From NCBI GenBank assembly GCA_964016885.1, contig OZ024743.1:352036001-352100000 (forward strand): DNA of 64,000 nucleotides, written 5' to 3'. The notes below the pieces were generated by a model, which was given only the letters and a program-made list of their open reading frames with translations, was not told the DNA's origin and ran no database searches. The stretch is from Eledone cirrhosa (Eukaryota). The translations under genes were made by a program, and so were the position numbers. Below, piece by piece: positions 13,613 through 27,458 of this stretch. The stretch's first letter is position 1. Each line of letters starts with the position of its first letter.

Positions 13613-16527
13613 TTATTCGAGGTTCGTAGATGTCGGAGAGATGCGACATTCAAATGTTGTCTGGACTGATGTTAGACCTCTGCCTCCCTGCTTACGTTTC
13701 AAGTAAAGGCGGTATATGTCAATGTTGATGTGGAAGTTTCCGGTGTTGTTCAGTATTTTTCGAGTTCCAACATCAACTGTTCGGATTTCATCTATCGTCC
13801 AATTGAGAATTCCAAACGTTGGTGTTAGGACAGGCACAGCAAACACATTGTGAGCCACTGTTTTGTTTTGCGCAGAGAGTTCCGATGACCAGATCTTTCT
13901 TAATCGGGTGTAGTATTCCCTGGTTACGCGTTCTTTATTACAGATACATTTAATGGATATGTTCTCATCTATACCCAGGTATCTGTAGCAGTCCTCATCA
14001 GATATCGGTGAAACAGTTAGACCACTGATGACAATGGTGCTAGATTGGGTTGTTTTTTTTCCCCACTTTACAGTCATGTATGGGCATTTATCTGGGCCAA
14101 ACTCCATTCCTATATCCTTTGAGAACGTTGTAACCAGGTCAAGATTTTTCTTCATCCCATCCATGTTCTTGGCAAAGAGTTTCAGATCGTCCACAAAGAA
14201 ATTATGGGTTAGGTTCGTATTTATGTCTTCCTGTGAGCCAATGATGTATCCCTCACATTTCTTGAGCAGAAATGACAAGGGCTTTAATGACAAGATGAAT
14301 AATATCACAGAGAGACTGTCCCCCTGAAATATACCCCTGCAATATTTTATTTTATCAGTGAAAATAGAGTCCTCCTTCTTTGTCTTTAACCTTAGGATAG
14401 TAGCCCAAGAAGAAGACAGCCTCTCTATGGCTCTGATAATAATGTCTGGGACTTTAGCAAGTTGGAGGGCCTCTATCATCCAAGAGTGGGGAACAGAATC
14501 GAAAGCTTTCCTGTAGTCCAGCCAGACTGTTGTCATATTCCTCCTAAGTTGTCGCACCTCCGACATCGCAGTTTTGTTGATTAGGAGTTGTTCAGCACAT
14601 CCCCAAACCCCTTTCTTTCCAGCTGCTTGTTCATCTGTGATGATGTTATTATTTTCACAGTGATCTTGGAGGAATAGGTTCAGGCAGGCTGTATACATCT
14701 TATACATCAGGTTCTGGCATGCAATGGGTCGGTAGTTTTTTTGCCAAGTGGGTGTCTTTGTTCTTGGGGACCAGTAACGTTTGTGCTAATGTCAACCATT
14801 CTGGTATAAGTGTATCTCCCTTAAGAACTTGTTGGTAGAGGTCAGTAAGATACCTCCGATAGAATATTAGTTTTTTGTACCAGTAGCCGACAATCATGTC
14901 TCTTCCTGGTGTTTTCTTATCTTGGAGTTTTCCTATCACAGTCTCAAGGGTACCCTCACTTATTTCGTGTGTTTTTGTTGTAGTGTAGGAGCAATAGTTC
15001 TTTCGGATTTCTCTTAGCCACACAGCATCTTGGTTGAAATTCTTCTTTTCACCCCATATTTTTCTCCAAAAGGAATCTATGTCTTTCTTGGAATCTATGT
15101 CTTTCTTTCTCAGCGACACTTATTATTTTGCCTTTCATATCTCTATAGACTGATGTTTGGTTTCGTCTGAATCTTTTATTAAGCATTTTCCTCTCATCTA
15201 CCTTCTTCAGGTATCAGCGTTTTTCGCTAACAGCTCTCAATTCTTCTTTGAGGGTGATCAGCCTATATTGGAGAGTTCTGGTTCTACTGTTACCAAACAT
15301 CGTCTCTATTTTATTTTTCACTCTTTGTTGGTGAGGAGTGAGGTTTTTTGTGTTTGTTTGCATGTAAGGAGCATTGTCACATACATGTCCTATGTTTTTT
15401 CGTAGGTCAGCACTCTTTTTTTATTTTAGTTATATATGATGGTATTTTTGGTGGTGTTTTGTTCTTGTTAATATCTCTGCTATCACCAAGATAATGCTTC
15501 ACTGTCATTGCTAAGGCATATAAACAGGCGTTGATTTGCCAAAATGTTGGGGCTTTTATCCGTCGTAAATATTCATCCCCTATTTCGTCAATAACACGTA
15601 GTATTTCATTATTTGGTTTTTATTCACCATTGTCATTTTAACACGTTCAGCAAGAGAGATATTTATACATGAGTTAATTTCTCTCTGGAAGATTTCGTTG
15701 AGGGAAATTTTCAATTGTTTATACTTTTGATTATCATTATCGATAGTATTTTCCACAACAGTCGAGGTAGACTCGGATGGTATACGTGGTGTCACATTTA
15801 TTCGATTATTATTATTATTTCTTCGATAATTATTATTATCGATAGTGTTTTCCCCAGAATTCGAAGTAGACTTAGATGGTACAGGTGGTGTCAAGTTTCT
15901 TACAGGCATAGTTGGTTCAAGGCACTGTTCGCCCTGGCTGCTAGGGAGTCTAGTAGCATGGTGATCTGTAGCATGTGTTGTTGATTCCATGTTTGTTGTG
16001 GGGGATTTACGATTAATAATATTTATCTTATTTTTACGTTCAACAAACGTCGCTTGTTGGCGTAATTGTTTCGCTGTGAAATAATTTAGCTCTGGGTGCA
16101 TTTCGTCCCAGTGTAGCTTCATTCTATTCATATAGCCAATGGAGGGATTGTTTTTTGCCATTTTATAACAATTAAATAAATCATTATTAAGTTCGCAACT
16201 CCAAGAGAAATGCGTTTTATAATTTCGGTTTCTTCTGTAGCTACAACTGAATACAGTTTGATTACCTTCTTTGTTATTTGTCTTCGATACTTCCTTATTT
16301 TTTTGTTGATGTGTTCAGCCATGCTGTTTGTAGAAAATCCTTGTAAAATGAATTATGTATTTAGTCGGATTTCTCTACGAATTCGAATAAAAGTTGTCTT
16401 CAGAAGGGATAGTTAGAAGAATAACCAGTTATTCAACCGGGCTGTAGTTGTGGCATTATTGTCGGAGATAGTATTCATCTTAAATTTAATAAATAGTCTC
16501 CCACGCCAAAATATGCGACTGATCGCG

Positions 16528-16530
<3 letters not shown>
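13613..16530 (-). mobile_element. R4/Dong-like (RLE-type) non-LTR retrotransposon, frameshifted and 3'-truncated
   Basis: ORF pieces 16161-15580 (GYMNRMKLHWDEMHP..TAKQLRQQA), 15119-14700 (KTPGRD) and 14707-13613 (EQLLIN, WLDYRKAFDSVPHSW, GIFQGDSLS, FVDDLKL, YRYLG, RLYLKRKQGGRGL). No endonuclease domain retained. Confidence 0.82.
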
Positions 16531-16587
<57 letters not shown>

Positions 16588-16599
16588 GCGTGTGTGTGT
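16528..16599. repeat. (TG)n microsatellite
   Basis: Direct inspection. Confidence 0.95.
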
Positions 16600-16849
16600 T
16601 CTGGCTCGTTAATTTAATAACCTGCCATAGAACCACATTGGCATACGGTTGGATAATACATGTGTCCCTATATGCATTTTTTGCATGTAGGAAAACATAC
16701 TTTATTATTATTAATTTCCTCTGGTCGAGATAACATTTTGGTCGTTTTAACTGCTGCTATTTCTAGTGGCAGTACATTGACCTTTCCGCCCTTGCCTTCT
16801 ATCTTTATACACGACACTGTGTGTAAAGAAAAGATGTACATCTACCTAT

Positions 16850-17695
16850 GTTAGCTGGGGTTTCCCCTATCTTGTTCGGCAAGTGGGGAAAAGGAGGATG
16901 TTGCAGCCACCCCGGGTCATTAGGGGTTTTGAGGGCGAAGTAAGTCCTACGCAATCGATGTTTACATGCTGTTACAAGTTCGTCTTTTTTGTTTAGGGGT
17001 TGGTCCTTCGTAAACAGCATTTGTAATGTTTCCTCCGAGCATAAGTTACACGTACGGCGTCCTCCCGTGTAGGAGTTAGCCCCGGAGAATAAAGTTGTAG
17101 GGTGATTTTAAATCCCAGTCCTGGAAGAAATTGATTAGTTGTTTACTGACCCGGTTTGTACTACTGGGGTTGTACCCTTTGAGGGTAAGGAGCCCATCGT
17201 CTCGGTACAATCCACCGCCGAATGCAGGAAACATTTCGGTGAGTTTATGTAGTAGGAATAATTCTATAAGATCGGTCACGTTGGCCGAGTCGGTCACGCC
17301 CATACTGACGTCGAAGGGGGAGTCGGGAGCTCTCTTTATCCATTTGGAGTTGTCGAAAAGAAGGACTGTCTTCCTGGCGTGGAGAATGATGTTTCTTTCC
17401 TGGTCGGTGATGGGTGTAAGTGTTTTGGCAAAGTCCAAAGCGGGCGTAAGTAGCGGTAAGGTAATAGAAGCGTAATAGCTCACTATGTCGAACTGGATGA
17501 ATTTGGTGTCCTGTTTGTCCTCAATATTCCTGAGCCATGAGATGACTTCCTGGGTGCTGACCAAAAGGCTAAGTCTCGCGTTTTACTTAACTTTTGGTAT
17601 AACGTGGTCTAGGATCTGTTTACTGATTCTCCCTATGTCCGACTTCGTCGTTTTCCTCATCAGTTGTCTACTGGGGGTCTCGGATATTTCTACGC
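16850..17695 (-). mobile_element. Internally deleted Penelope-like RT fragment (third family)
   Basis: FIQFDIVSYYASI, FDVSMG, GLYRDDGL, fused to a C-terminal CNLCSEE...LNKKDELVTACKH motif. Confidence 0.7.
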
Positions 17696-17749
17696 TTTAA
17701 AGACAAGATATTTATCCTCAGGGTGTCAATAACTGGATAAGTTATTATT

Positions 17750-18025
17750 ATTGAATCTGAGAGAATCAGTTTTTATCCATGGACAGTTATATATTGGTTG
17801 TTCACGAGTGGGAACATCTAGAAATCTTCATATACTTTGCACAAACGGCAAAACAAAGAATCTGGCGTATTTGGAAGTTTTTTTACTTTTTTTTTTGTCA
17901 CACAGACACATCACGGTTTCGCCTCATACTGTAAACCAGACAACGCATCCAATACAGTCGTTTTCTCTTCTACTTGTCTTCTCTTATTAACTGTTCAGCC
18001 GGGCGAAGCCGGGTACCTCATCTAG
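17750..18025 (+). mobile_element. Helitron 3' end (PIF1 helicase C-terminus, hairpin, CTAG)
   Basis: VFIHGQLYIGCSRVG...NGKTKNLAYLEV, then GC-rich ccgggcgaagccggg and terminal CTAG (18022-18025) followed by T. Confidence 0.8.
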
Positions 18026-18127
18026 TATGATATAATATGCACACTACATATGCTAACAGAAAACCGCCCGGGGTGATCCTTCTGATAGTATTTATAATGT
18101 TATCCTAAAGAAAATCTGTTTTATATG

Positions 18128-19231
18128 TGTAGCGATAGGGTCACGTCCATGTAACTGTTAAAATGTATTCTTCGTAGGATGAATGATAAAAAGAATGATG
18201 AAGAATTGTGATGTCGTTGACAACGTTTATTTTGTAATAATAAAAGTCACTTGTTGGTACATCGAATATTGAGTAATAAAAACGTGAGAATGACAGGAAG
18301 TCAAAAGGTTAGATAAAGTGTATAAGGGACAATAGAAGGAAACCTACTGTGTGTGTGTGTGTTAATCCGTAGCAAACGTGGTTTCTTTAGTAGCGGTCAG
18401 TCCATCTCTCTAATTCCCTGTCTGTCGAGCGAGTAAGAAATGTGAGAGAATAGTAAATAGAAGACTGTATTCGTGAAGAGAATCCATAGTGTTAGTAGAA
18501 CAGTTCTTCTGTCGTCTGTGTTAGCCATTATCTCTAATTTGGTTCTCGTAGCGCTTGTATTTATAAGAATACTATAGCTAGAAGAACGTGTATATGGCTT
18601 TTGAGACAATAGCTAGGCCATTTGCCTATCGTCTGTCACAGGTCAAATGATATATAACATTTATCATAGTTGTAGAGTGTTTTATGACCACTATAGAAAA
18701 TTAATGGTTTGGCCATTTTACTATTTTATTTACTCCAATTTAGAAATAGTATCAGAAGGCGGTAGGCTGCGTTTAATGTCAATTGGATTGGCAGAACGAG
18801 ATCTAGTCGCAACAGTATGAACACAGAATATTTATTTATCGAAGAACATATTTTTCAATCGTGTTTGTGAATGTGAACAAGCAGAATACATTTGAACTTG
18901 TTAAGAGTACAAGGGTGTTTGCGGATAGTACAATGTTACCTCTGCTGGTTGTCAAGACATTATGGATGTCTAATATCCAGTTGGTAGATTAAACATAGCA
19001 CTCTCGGGTTAGGCATATTTCGCGCCACGTGTCGCATGTTGAGGACAGCAAATTATTACGTGTTTCTGGTCTGAAACTATCTGCTCTACTCTTGCTTTCG
19101 GGTTTGGCACAATGCATTACTCATCCGATAGATAGCTGTATCAGATCGTTGGCTGGCTAATAGTTAGGTGAGGTGAGTTAGTGCAACAGGAATTAACGCG
19201 TGTAAATTTACCTATTTATCTGTTCACTACA
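18128..19231 (-). repeat. 3' LTR of the Gypsy element
   Basis: Inverted termini TGTAG...CTACA. Purine-rich tract aaacggaaggtaa immediately upstream on the minus strand. Lies downstream of the integrase. Confidence 0.65.
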
Positions 19232-19499
19232 TTACCTTCCGTTTAGATCGAAGGTCGATATCAATATATAAGCCAAGGCAAAACTATGTGGGTTGCAACT
19301 CTTCACGTATTACATGAGTAGTGCTAAATATGCAATATGTCTACATGACATCAAACAATAAAAAATCATCGGGTACACAGAGAAAAGATACATGCATGAA
19401 TACAACCGAGAAAAATGAAACATAACATAATTGAACAAGCAAAAGTAATTGTTTTCAGAAGAGTCAAAAGTTTGAACAATATCAAAGTTCATATATAGA

Positions 19500-21300
19500 T
19501 TGCTTTACTCAATCTCTGAGGCCAATGCACTCTACGACCACTACGAGTCGTCGTAACATATGTTGGTGAAGGTAAGGAAGGTGTGTGTGATGTTGTGGCT
19601 GAGTATGCTCGTGAAGGTTCAACATGCAATGTATTGTATGTGGGGGTGTATGGGATTCAACTGGTGGAGCGTTTGTAAAGGCCTGTTTAATCCTATCTAC
19701 TGAAACTGTGTATTTCCTACCACAAACGTCTATGGTAGGGTCCTGTATAGGGTGGTACCAGTGGTCCTTTCACTGAGTCTTTACGTAGAAAAACGTGAGT
19801 CCAAGAAGTAGTGTTTTTAGGAACCGAAGCTTTAATTGTCTGTTGACGTGTTCCCATAGGCTTAAGATCATTGAAATATGATCGCAATCGGTTAATATAT
19901 AACGTAGGATCTTCCCGTGATGCGTCGACTGTGACTAACATCTGTCCCGGCAAGGATGAAGGTGTTCCGTACAGCAATTCCGCTGGGGACTATCCGAGAT
20001 CCCCCCTGACCGCCGCGCAACAGCCAAGAAGAACAATTGGTAGATATTCACTCCATTTTTGCTGGTCGGGATAAGCACGCAATGCTGCTTTTAATTGTCG
20101 ATGAAAGCGTTCTATCATGCCATTTGACGCCGGATGGTAACTATAGTTCTAATACGATGTATCCCTAAAATTTTAGAAAGTTCATGGAAGAGATGTCATT
20201 CAAATTGTCCGCCACGGTCAGTGGTGATCGTGGAAGGGACACCGTATCGCGAAATCCAGCCAGACATCAGAGCTCATGCTACCGATTCTGCTGAAATCTC
20301 TTCGAGAGGAATGGATTCAGGCCAACGTGTAAAACGGTCGATACACGTAAGAAGGTATGTGTATATCCATGGCTGACCGGCCAAAGTCCAACTAGGTCGA
20401 TATGAATATGGTCAAAGCGGGCATATGGAGCGTTGAATGTGCCCAGAGGTGCTCGAATGTGTTTGTGCACCTTAGACTTCTGGCAAAGTATGCAGGAACG
20501 AGACCATGCAGTGATATCTCGTCTCATATTTGGCCAAAAGAATCTAGCCGTAATGAGTTTCACTGATGAAAGGATTCCAGGGTATGAGAGGTTGTGTAAC
20601 GTGTCGAAAACTGTTCGCCGATGAAGTTCCGGAACGAAGGGTCGAGATGAATCAGTCGATATGTCATACAGGATGCTTGTGTCAGAATTGTGTAAAGGTA
20701 ATTGTTTGAATTTGCACGTCGCAATTTCGGTTGCAGCTAAATCCAAATCGTCCAAAGCAGGCTGGTTAGCAACGAGCAAACGTAGATCAATATCGGTTTT
20801 TGTCGATAGTGAGTTGATAAGTAAACGAGATAATGCATATGCCGCTAAATTCTGTGATTCAGGAATATGACGTATATCACTAGTGAATTGTGATACATAA
20901 TCTAAATGTCGAGTTTCACGTGGCGAGTATCTTTCGAGTTTCGCTTTGAGAGCAAATGTCAAAGGACGATGGTCGGTGAAAATCGTAAACTGGCGTCCTT
21001 CCAACGAATGCTGGAAGTGTTTGATTGCCAAGTACATCGCTAACAGTTCTCTGCCGAAAGTACTGTATCAGGTTTCAGCGGGTTTAAGTTGTGTTGAGAA
21101 ATATGCAAGTGGTTGCATACTCTAATTGTGATACTGTTGCAAAACTGCACCTACTGCTGTGCTTGATGCGTCAACGACCAGTGAAAACTGGGCATCAGGC
21201 ACAGGATGTGCAAGCAGGGTGACATCAGCTAATTCCTGTTTCACTCTGGAATAAGCTTCGAGGTGAGCAGGGTCTAAAGAAATAGACTCGTTTTTGGCTA
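19500..21300 (-). mobile_element. Ty3/Gypsy pol remnant (RNase H, integrase with GPY motif)
   Basis: LVVDASSTAVGAVLQQ, FTIFTDHRPL, HHCC-like region (H..RFFWPNM..C..CQKSK), [31 protein letters not shown]. Several frameshifts. Confidence 0.9.
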
Positions 21301-21656
21301 GGGGTGTGGTTGAAGAAAATGCAGAAAAAAAGCACATAAAATCATTTACAAACAGGCAAAATGAAAGAAAAAATGCTAAGCAAATTTGTATCAGCTACAT
21401 ATGTATAAGAATTTTTTTTTAATATAATATTAATGTAAATCACTTTTAAGCTATGACGGTGAATCATATTTGTGGTCTACTATATTTCAGAGGCATTCAG
21501 GCGCCATATTCATTTCTATGTTGTCTATAGCATTTATAATAGTATCCAGATAAAGAAATAGTGATTCAAATGAATATAAATAAATATACACAGGTACAAT
21601 ACAACAACCACGAAAGAAAGAATGAAAACACACACACACATGCACAGATGCATGAA

Positions 21657-21695
<39 letters not shown>

Positions 21696-21899
21696 AAAAT
21701 AGAATAGACATTACAACGAGAGGAAATATAAAATCACCCCACATGATTCACAGACGTGTACTGGAATAACTTTAATAGACTATATATATTTTTTTAACCT
21801 CACTCAATCAACGATAAACGTTGATTTCAAGCTAAATTAACAGAAGCGAAAACCAATCCAAATCAAACAGTGAGTGTGTTTTATTATTATTTCTGGCAA

Positions 21900-22085
21900 A
21901 GGGCGGTGGATTGGCAGTGTCGGTAGAGGGTCGGACGCCATGCTTTCCAGCATAGTTACGTCCCTTTACGATCTGAGTTCAAATCCCGCCGAGGTTGACT
22001 TTGCCTTTCATCCTTACGGGGTCGATAAAATAAAGTACCAGTGATGCACTGGTTAATTGCTGGCCTTGTGCCTAAAGTAGAAACA
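21900..22085 (+). mobile_element. tRNA-derived SINE with 17 bp TSD
   Basis: Same family as 617-793. attattatttctggcaa at 21883-21899 and 22086-22102. Confidence 0.88.
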
Positions 22086-23134
22086 ATTATTATTTCTGGC
22101 AATATTATATAACAATATGACACTCCAAATATAACAATGTATATCTGTTAGAACACGAAAAGTGTGAAACAACAGAATGTTCACTTTTCGTGTTCTAACA
22201 TATATGCCTAGCTTCTTTAAAAATTTTTCGGGGATAGCCGTGGTGGTGGTGATCGTATGTCATTGGCTAATTTTCAACCAATCAGAGTACCTCTCTCTAT
22301 ATCTCTTCCACTGTTACTTACGCCTGTTTCTCTCTATCTGTTCCGTCTCTATATATATCTCTTACTCTTTCGCTTTGCACTCCTCCCCTTCAATACCATC
22401 TCTCCCCCTCTCTATATATTTGTTACTCTATCGCTGCACGCTCCTCTCCTTCAATATATCAATTACACACGCTTTACACTCCTTTATCCCCAGCGCCCCT
22501 ATATATACACCCCCCCTCTCCCGCATCTATATTTTAATGTACCGTTGCACCGTGAATATATGTGTCTATATATATATACATATATATTGTATATACACAT
22601 TCATGTATGTATATACACACTCATGTATGTATATACACTGGTTTTATGTGTGTATTGTAAATTTGTACTGTTAAAACACGAAACTAACATTCGATTGACA
22701 CTTTGATTACCTGTACAGGCAATAGTTATTAGAATGCTGTTGAAGTGTGTATATATTTTGGGGGGACATCCTGTATATACACACATTATATATAATACAA
22801 TAAACAGATAAATACACACATATATATATGAGCTTATTTAATTATAAATATTGTGAATTTTTAACTCAGTTCAATTATATATATAAATGGCTTCTACAGG
22901 ACTAGAACTGTTTCATTCGAAAGAAATCATCATAATATTGAGAGGGGGGACTAGATAAAATATTTCAAATCAAATGTGTATAAGTTATAAGTTAAAATGT
23001 ATAAATAGAGACGATAGTGGAGGTATATCTGTTTAGTGGAACAGTAGACGATAGAATTAAATACAGACGAGAATCTCCCTTTAATGAAACAGCAGACGAT
23101 AGAATTAAGGCAATTTAAATTTTAAGCATTTGCA

Positions 23135-23190
23135 TTTTTGCCTTTTATCGTTACGGGGTCGATAAAATAAAGTACCAGTAATACACTGTC
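23135..23190 (+). mobile_element. SINE core fragment
   Basis: tttgccttttatcgttacggggtcgataaaataaagtaccagtaatacactg. Confidence 0.6.
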
Positions 23191-23550
23191 ACTAGACGAC
23201 TTTCAAATTGAATTGTTGGTTCCATTTCTTTAGTATTTTCAATTGTAGTTATCTACTTAAAAAGCGTTACACGGTTAGAGACATAATTCGTAAGTTATAT
23301 CTTCCCTATTAAACCATTGCATTATTTCGCCTACAATAGAACAAAAATGAAATGTTCTTTAAAGAAACAGGAATATAACTTTATAAAAAAAAAAGTTGCA
23401 TCCGCTTCTTTTATCATTGATAATTTTTTCGTTTTCATATTTATTGTTTTTTGTAGTTGTTTATATTAAAAATCTTACTGTAATATTTACTTAAACGAAG
23501 GCAAACATCTAAACTTATAGATTAATCTTGAGCGAAGGACTAGATAAATC

Positions 23551-23602
<52 letters not shown>

Positions 23603-23994
23603 AACGAAGAATGATAAAATTTCAAGCAAAGAGTTTAATTAGGTATATTTTGTAATATTATTAACTAATTATTATAATTAACGCGCATATTTTGCTATCC
23701 TCAAACACGTTTACACATGGCATGAAATATAACTAATCCGAGATGGCTAGGTTTCATCTTCTAACTGGATAAACGAAATCCATTATGTCTTGACAACAAC
23801 ATGAGGTAACATTATGTTATTCACAGACACACTTTGTACACTGTTCCATATCAGAATGTATTTCCTTCGTCACATTCACAAACAGTATTGAAAATATGTT
23901 CTTCGGCAAATAAAAATGTTTTGTTAATAATATTTCAACTAGCGATTGCTCTACTCCACGCACGACCACCATAAATTAATGACCAGCTCAACAC

Positions 23995-24165
23995 AAGTAT
24001 TGGTAGAGCGTCAGACACCATGCTTTGCAGTATTGTTATGGTCCTTTGCATTCTAAGTTCAAATCCTGCCGAGGTTAACTTCGACTTTCATACTTACTAA
24101 TTCGATAAAATAAAGTACCAGTAATGGACTGCCGTAATGGATTTGTGCCGAAAAATAGAAACACT
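23995..24165 (+). mobile_element. Diverged tRNA-derived SINE
   Basis: ggtagagcgtcagacaccatgc...gttcaaatcctgccgaggttaact...cgataaaataaagtacca. Confidence 0.75.
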
Positions 24166-24708
24166 ATTAATGTGCAATAAGAGCAAAATATAACGACATT
24201 GCTCAATTATTTTATCTAATGTTGTAATAACACAAGGAAATGTTGTTTGTGTATTTTTTTTTATATTTGCTCATAGGCTTTTACAATTTCGCTCAGCCAA
24301 CAACTATTAAAAAGTGAGTTGCTTAAGATAACAATTTAATCACAAATTGTTGCTATCTTTTAATACACTCCAACAAGTCATCAAATTATGTACAATAAAA
24401 ACAAATCTTATTAATTTGCTCAGGGAATATAAAGAAAATGTATATACACTGATAATTGCAATTGTATGTAAATATTGTATATTTTATGTTTTCTATTATG
24501 TATAATATATTGATTTAATATTGATTGTTTTTTGTAGTTGTTTATATTAAAAGTCTGAAAATATTTTTATACATCTTACACTAATATTTATAAGATAATT
24601 TATAATAACAATTACATAATCTAATTACATTACAACGATAATTTATTATTAATATATATATCCTGTTTAACTAGAGTTATTACAAGCGTTGCCTTAAAAA
24701 AATATTAA

Positions 24709-25665
24709 ACTAGACATGAAAAATGCGCAAGCTCAAAAGTGCCACAGAATGTTATAATAAACCTTCAAAAGTGTGGGACTAGAGTTGTTGCTAAAAAATA
24801 TTGTAATCATTATATATCGTACATTCTGTGGCATCCTTTATAAAAATAGCTTAAACCAACGAAGCCTTTATTTTTACGCTATTTCACTTAGTTAATTCTT
24901 AGAGTGTAACATATAAAAATAAATACATCTATGTTTAATGTAATAACAGCTATAAATAATTACGTAATATTATTATCATATACTCATAGTAACAAAATAA
25001 TTGTGTTGAAACTTAATATGATGCTTATATGAACGATCAAATCTATAATGATAATTTCTTAAATATACTAATAGTAAAATAATTTAGTTATCTATTGTTA
25101 CATTTTCATAGAACTATAATATTAACAATCGTATTGCATTATCAAATTTTTATCACTACAAACTTTCATATTGGAATTACCTTAAGCCACTTATTATTAC
25201 TTCGCTTTCGTACTTTTACAGCTGTAGATATTGCGCTGTATCTTATATCTAATATCAATATCTCGTGGTAATTTGCATGAAGTGTAAAATAGGTTTATTA
25301 ATAACTTTAATATGAAATGTATTATACAGGGCTGCGGAGTCGGCCAAAAATTGACTGGCTCCAACTCAGGATCCGATACTCCATTATTTCCTAAATTTCA
25401 GCTCCGCAGCTCTGTTATTATATTAATTAATTTATTTTATAGTTGTAAATCATATTTTTATATGTTACACTCTAAGAATTAACTAAGTGAAATAGCGTAA
25501 AAATAAAGGCTTCGTTGGTTTAAGCTATTTTTATAAAGGATGCCACAGAATGTACGATATATAATGATTACAATATTTTTTAGCAACAACTCTAGTCCCA
25601 CACTTTTGAAGGTTTATTATAACATTCTGTGGCACTTTTGAGCTTGCGCATTTTTCATGTCTAGT
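24709..25665. repeat. 213 bp perfect inverted repeat (24709-24921 / 25453-25665) with ~530 bp spacer
   Basis: The arms read as exact reverse complements (actagacatgaaaaatgcgc... / ...gcgcatttttcatgtctagt). Confidence 0.9.
25327..25414. mobile_element. Tiny hAT-like MITE
   Basis: TIRs cagggctgcggag / ctccgcagctctg. 8 bp flanks gtattata / ttattata (7/8 match). Confidence 0.55.
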
Positions 25666-26603
25666 ATATATATGTGTGTATATATTGACAGAACTATAAG
25701 GACATATTAATTTGTCCATTTTTTCTTTCAGACACATACACATACACAGACACACATTGGACACAACCATCCACAACCACCTGATGGTTGTGTATGGTTG
25801 TGTTTAGAAACATTTTGATGACACCCCCATTAGGTCTGTCTGTCTCTCTCTCTCTCTCTCTCTGTGCATATCTCACCCCCCCCTCTCTCTTGCTGCCATA
25901 CCAATTCATCGCATCAATAGAAGTTTAGTAAATACATTTTTAATAATACTTTTGCAAGCAAACACGTATACACATCATACCTTTATAATCAAAAATATAT
26001 AATAATTATTTAAAATAACATAACAGGGGTCGACGTCCTGTTCAATAGGCCGTCCTCGTCAGAGTATTTCTCATTTAAAAAAATATAATTTAATATGTAA
26101 CTATCAAGCAATGACCATGCTGTGAATTATGTTTCAGAGCCATTCAATTAACATATTTACAGGTGAGACAGGTTTTCTTTGTCACACACACACGCATATA
26201 TATACACACACACCTTCCCACCCGGCCCACACCCCACCTCTTCACCTTAGACATTAAATCCCTCTAAACAGTCATTCCCTACGCCGACAGCCTACGCGCC
26301 CTCCGGCACTACCTCGACCTTCGTCCCTCCCCCGTCCCCTCGACCCCACCTCCTCTGCCTCGTCTTTCTGTCTTCCTTCAGTTGCAACGTTTTTCGAAAT
26401 ATTTACTCCTGCGTTCACAGATTGATTTTTTTAGTTTCAGATCCCGTTATGGGTGAAAGCAGCGATTCTTTGCTTAAACTTTAATCTGTTATTTTAATAA
26501 ATATTTGCTCTACGGTACTTATATATTTGATATATATTTATCCTTATCGAGCCCTCTTTGGATTTTAGTCTTCAAATTTATTATTATTACTATATATATA
26601 ATA

Positions 26604-27458
26604 TTTCCAAATTGAAGGATGAGTATTTAAAACTTTATTTTATCATGAGTTAAGGCTCTATTGATTTTTCCCTGGATTTCACTAAATTCTGTTGGATGAA
26701 TCTATATCCTGATTCTTTTTGAATTGAGTTTGAATTATTTTTCCCGCATCTTACGTTAACTATTTTCCCATTTTGACGCTATAGTCACTTATATATTATG
26801 AAATACTGTGTGCTCCTTGCTCATAATAATTTCTATACTTTTCATTTATATTTATACTCGGATTTCTTTCCTAGAGTGCTTAAATTATTTGTGACTAATC
26901 CTGGTCTTTTTTTTTAAAAACCGCGATAATATTGCTTTTTCTGAACTCCTTATTGTAGAGTTTTTTTCGGAATGTTTGTGACTGTTATTTCATGTAAACA
27001 AACATATGTCTCATTCTGACGTCACCAGCCCTGTCTCCACATGTGCGTTTTATTTTCATAATTACGCATGATGTTGAACTAGCCTGCTTTTAAATTCCCT
27101 TTCTGGCATATTATAATCAGTGAGATTTTGGTTATCGTGTTGAGCTCTGCTGATGATCTAATCCAACCGTGACCATCACCACTGAAAGTTTCGTGAAATA
27201 GTCTTTTCAAGACTATACAGAGCATTTGTAGTTTTTCCAAATTGAAGGATGAATATTTTAAACTTTATTTTATCATGAGTTAAGGCTCTATTGATTTTTT
27301 CCCTGGATTTCACTAAATTCTGTTAGATGAATCTATATCCTGATTCTTTTTGAATTGAGTTTGAATTATTTTTCCCACATCTTACGTTAACTATTTTCCC
27401 ATTTTGACGCTATAGTCACTTATATATTATGAAATACTGTGTGCTTCTTGCTCATAAT
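26604..27458. repeat. ~224 bp direct duplication (26604-26827 / 27234-27458)
   Basis: Near-identical tttccaaattgaaggatga...gctcataat. Confidence 0.9.

Noticed and set aside
27145-27210. ctgatga...gaaa hammerhead candidate (also ctgatga at ~8039)
   Set aside because: No consistent stems I-III could be paired.
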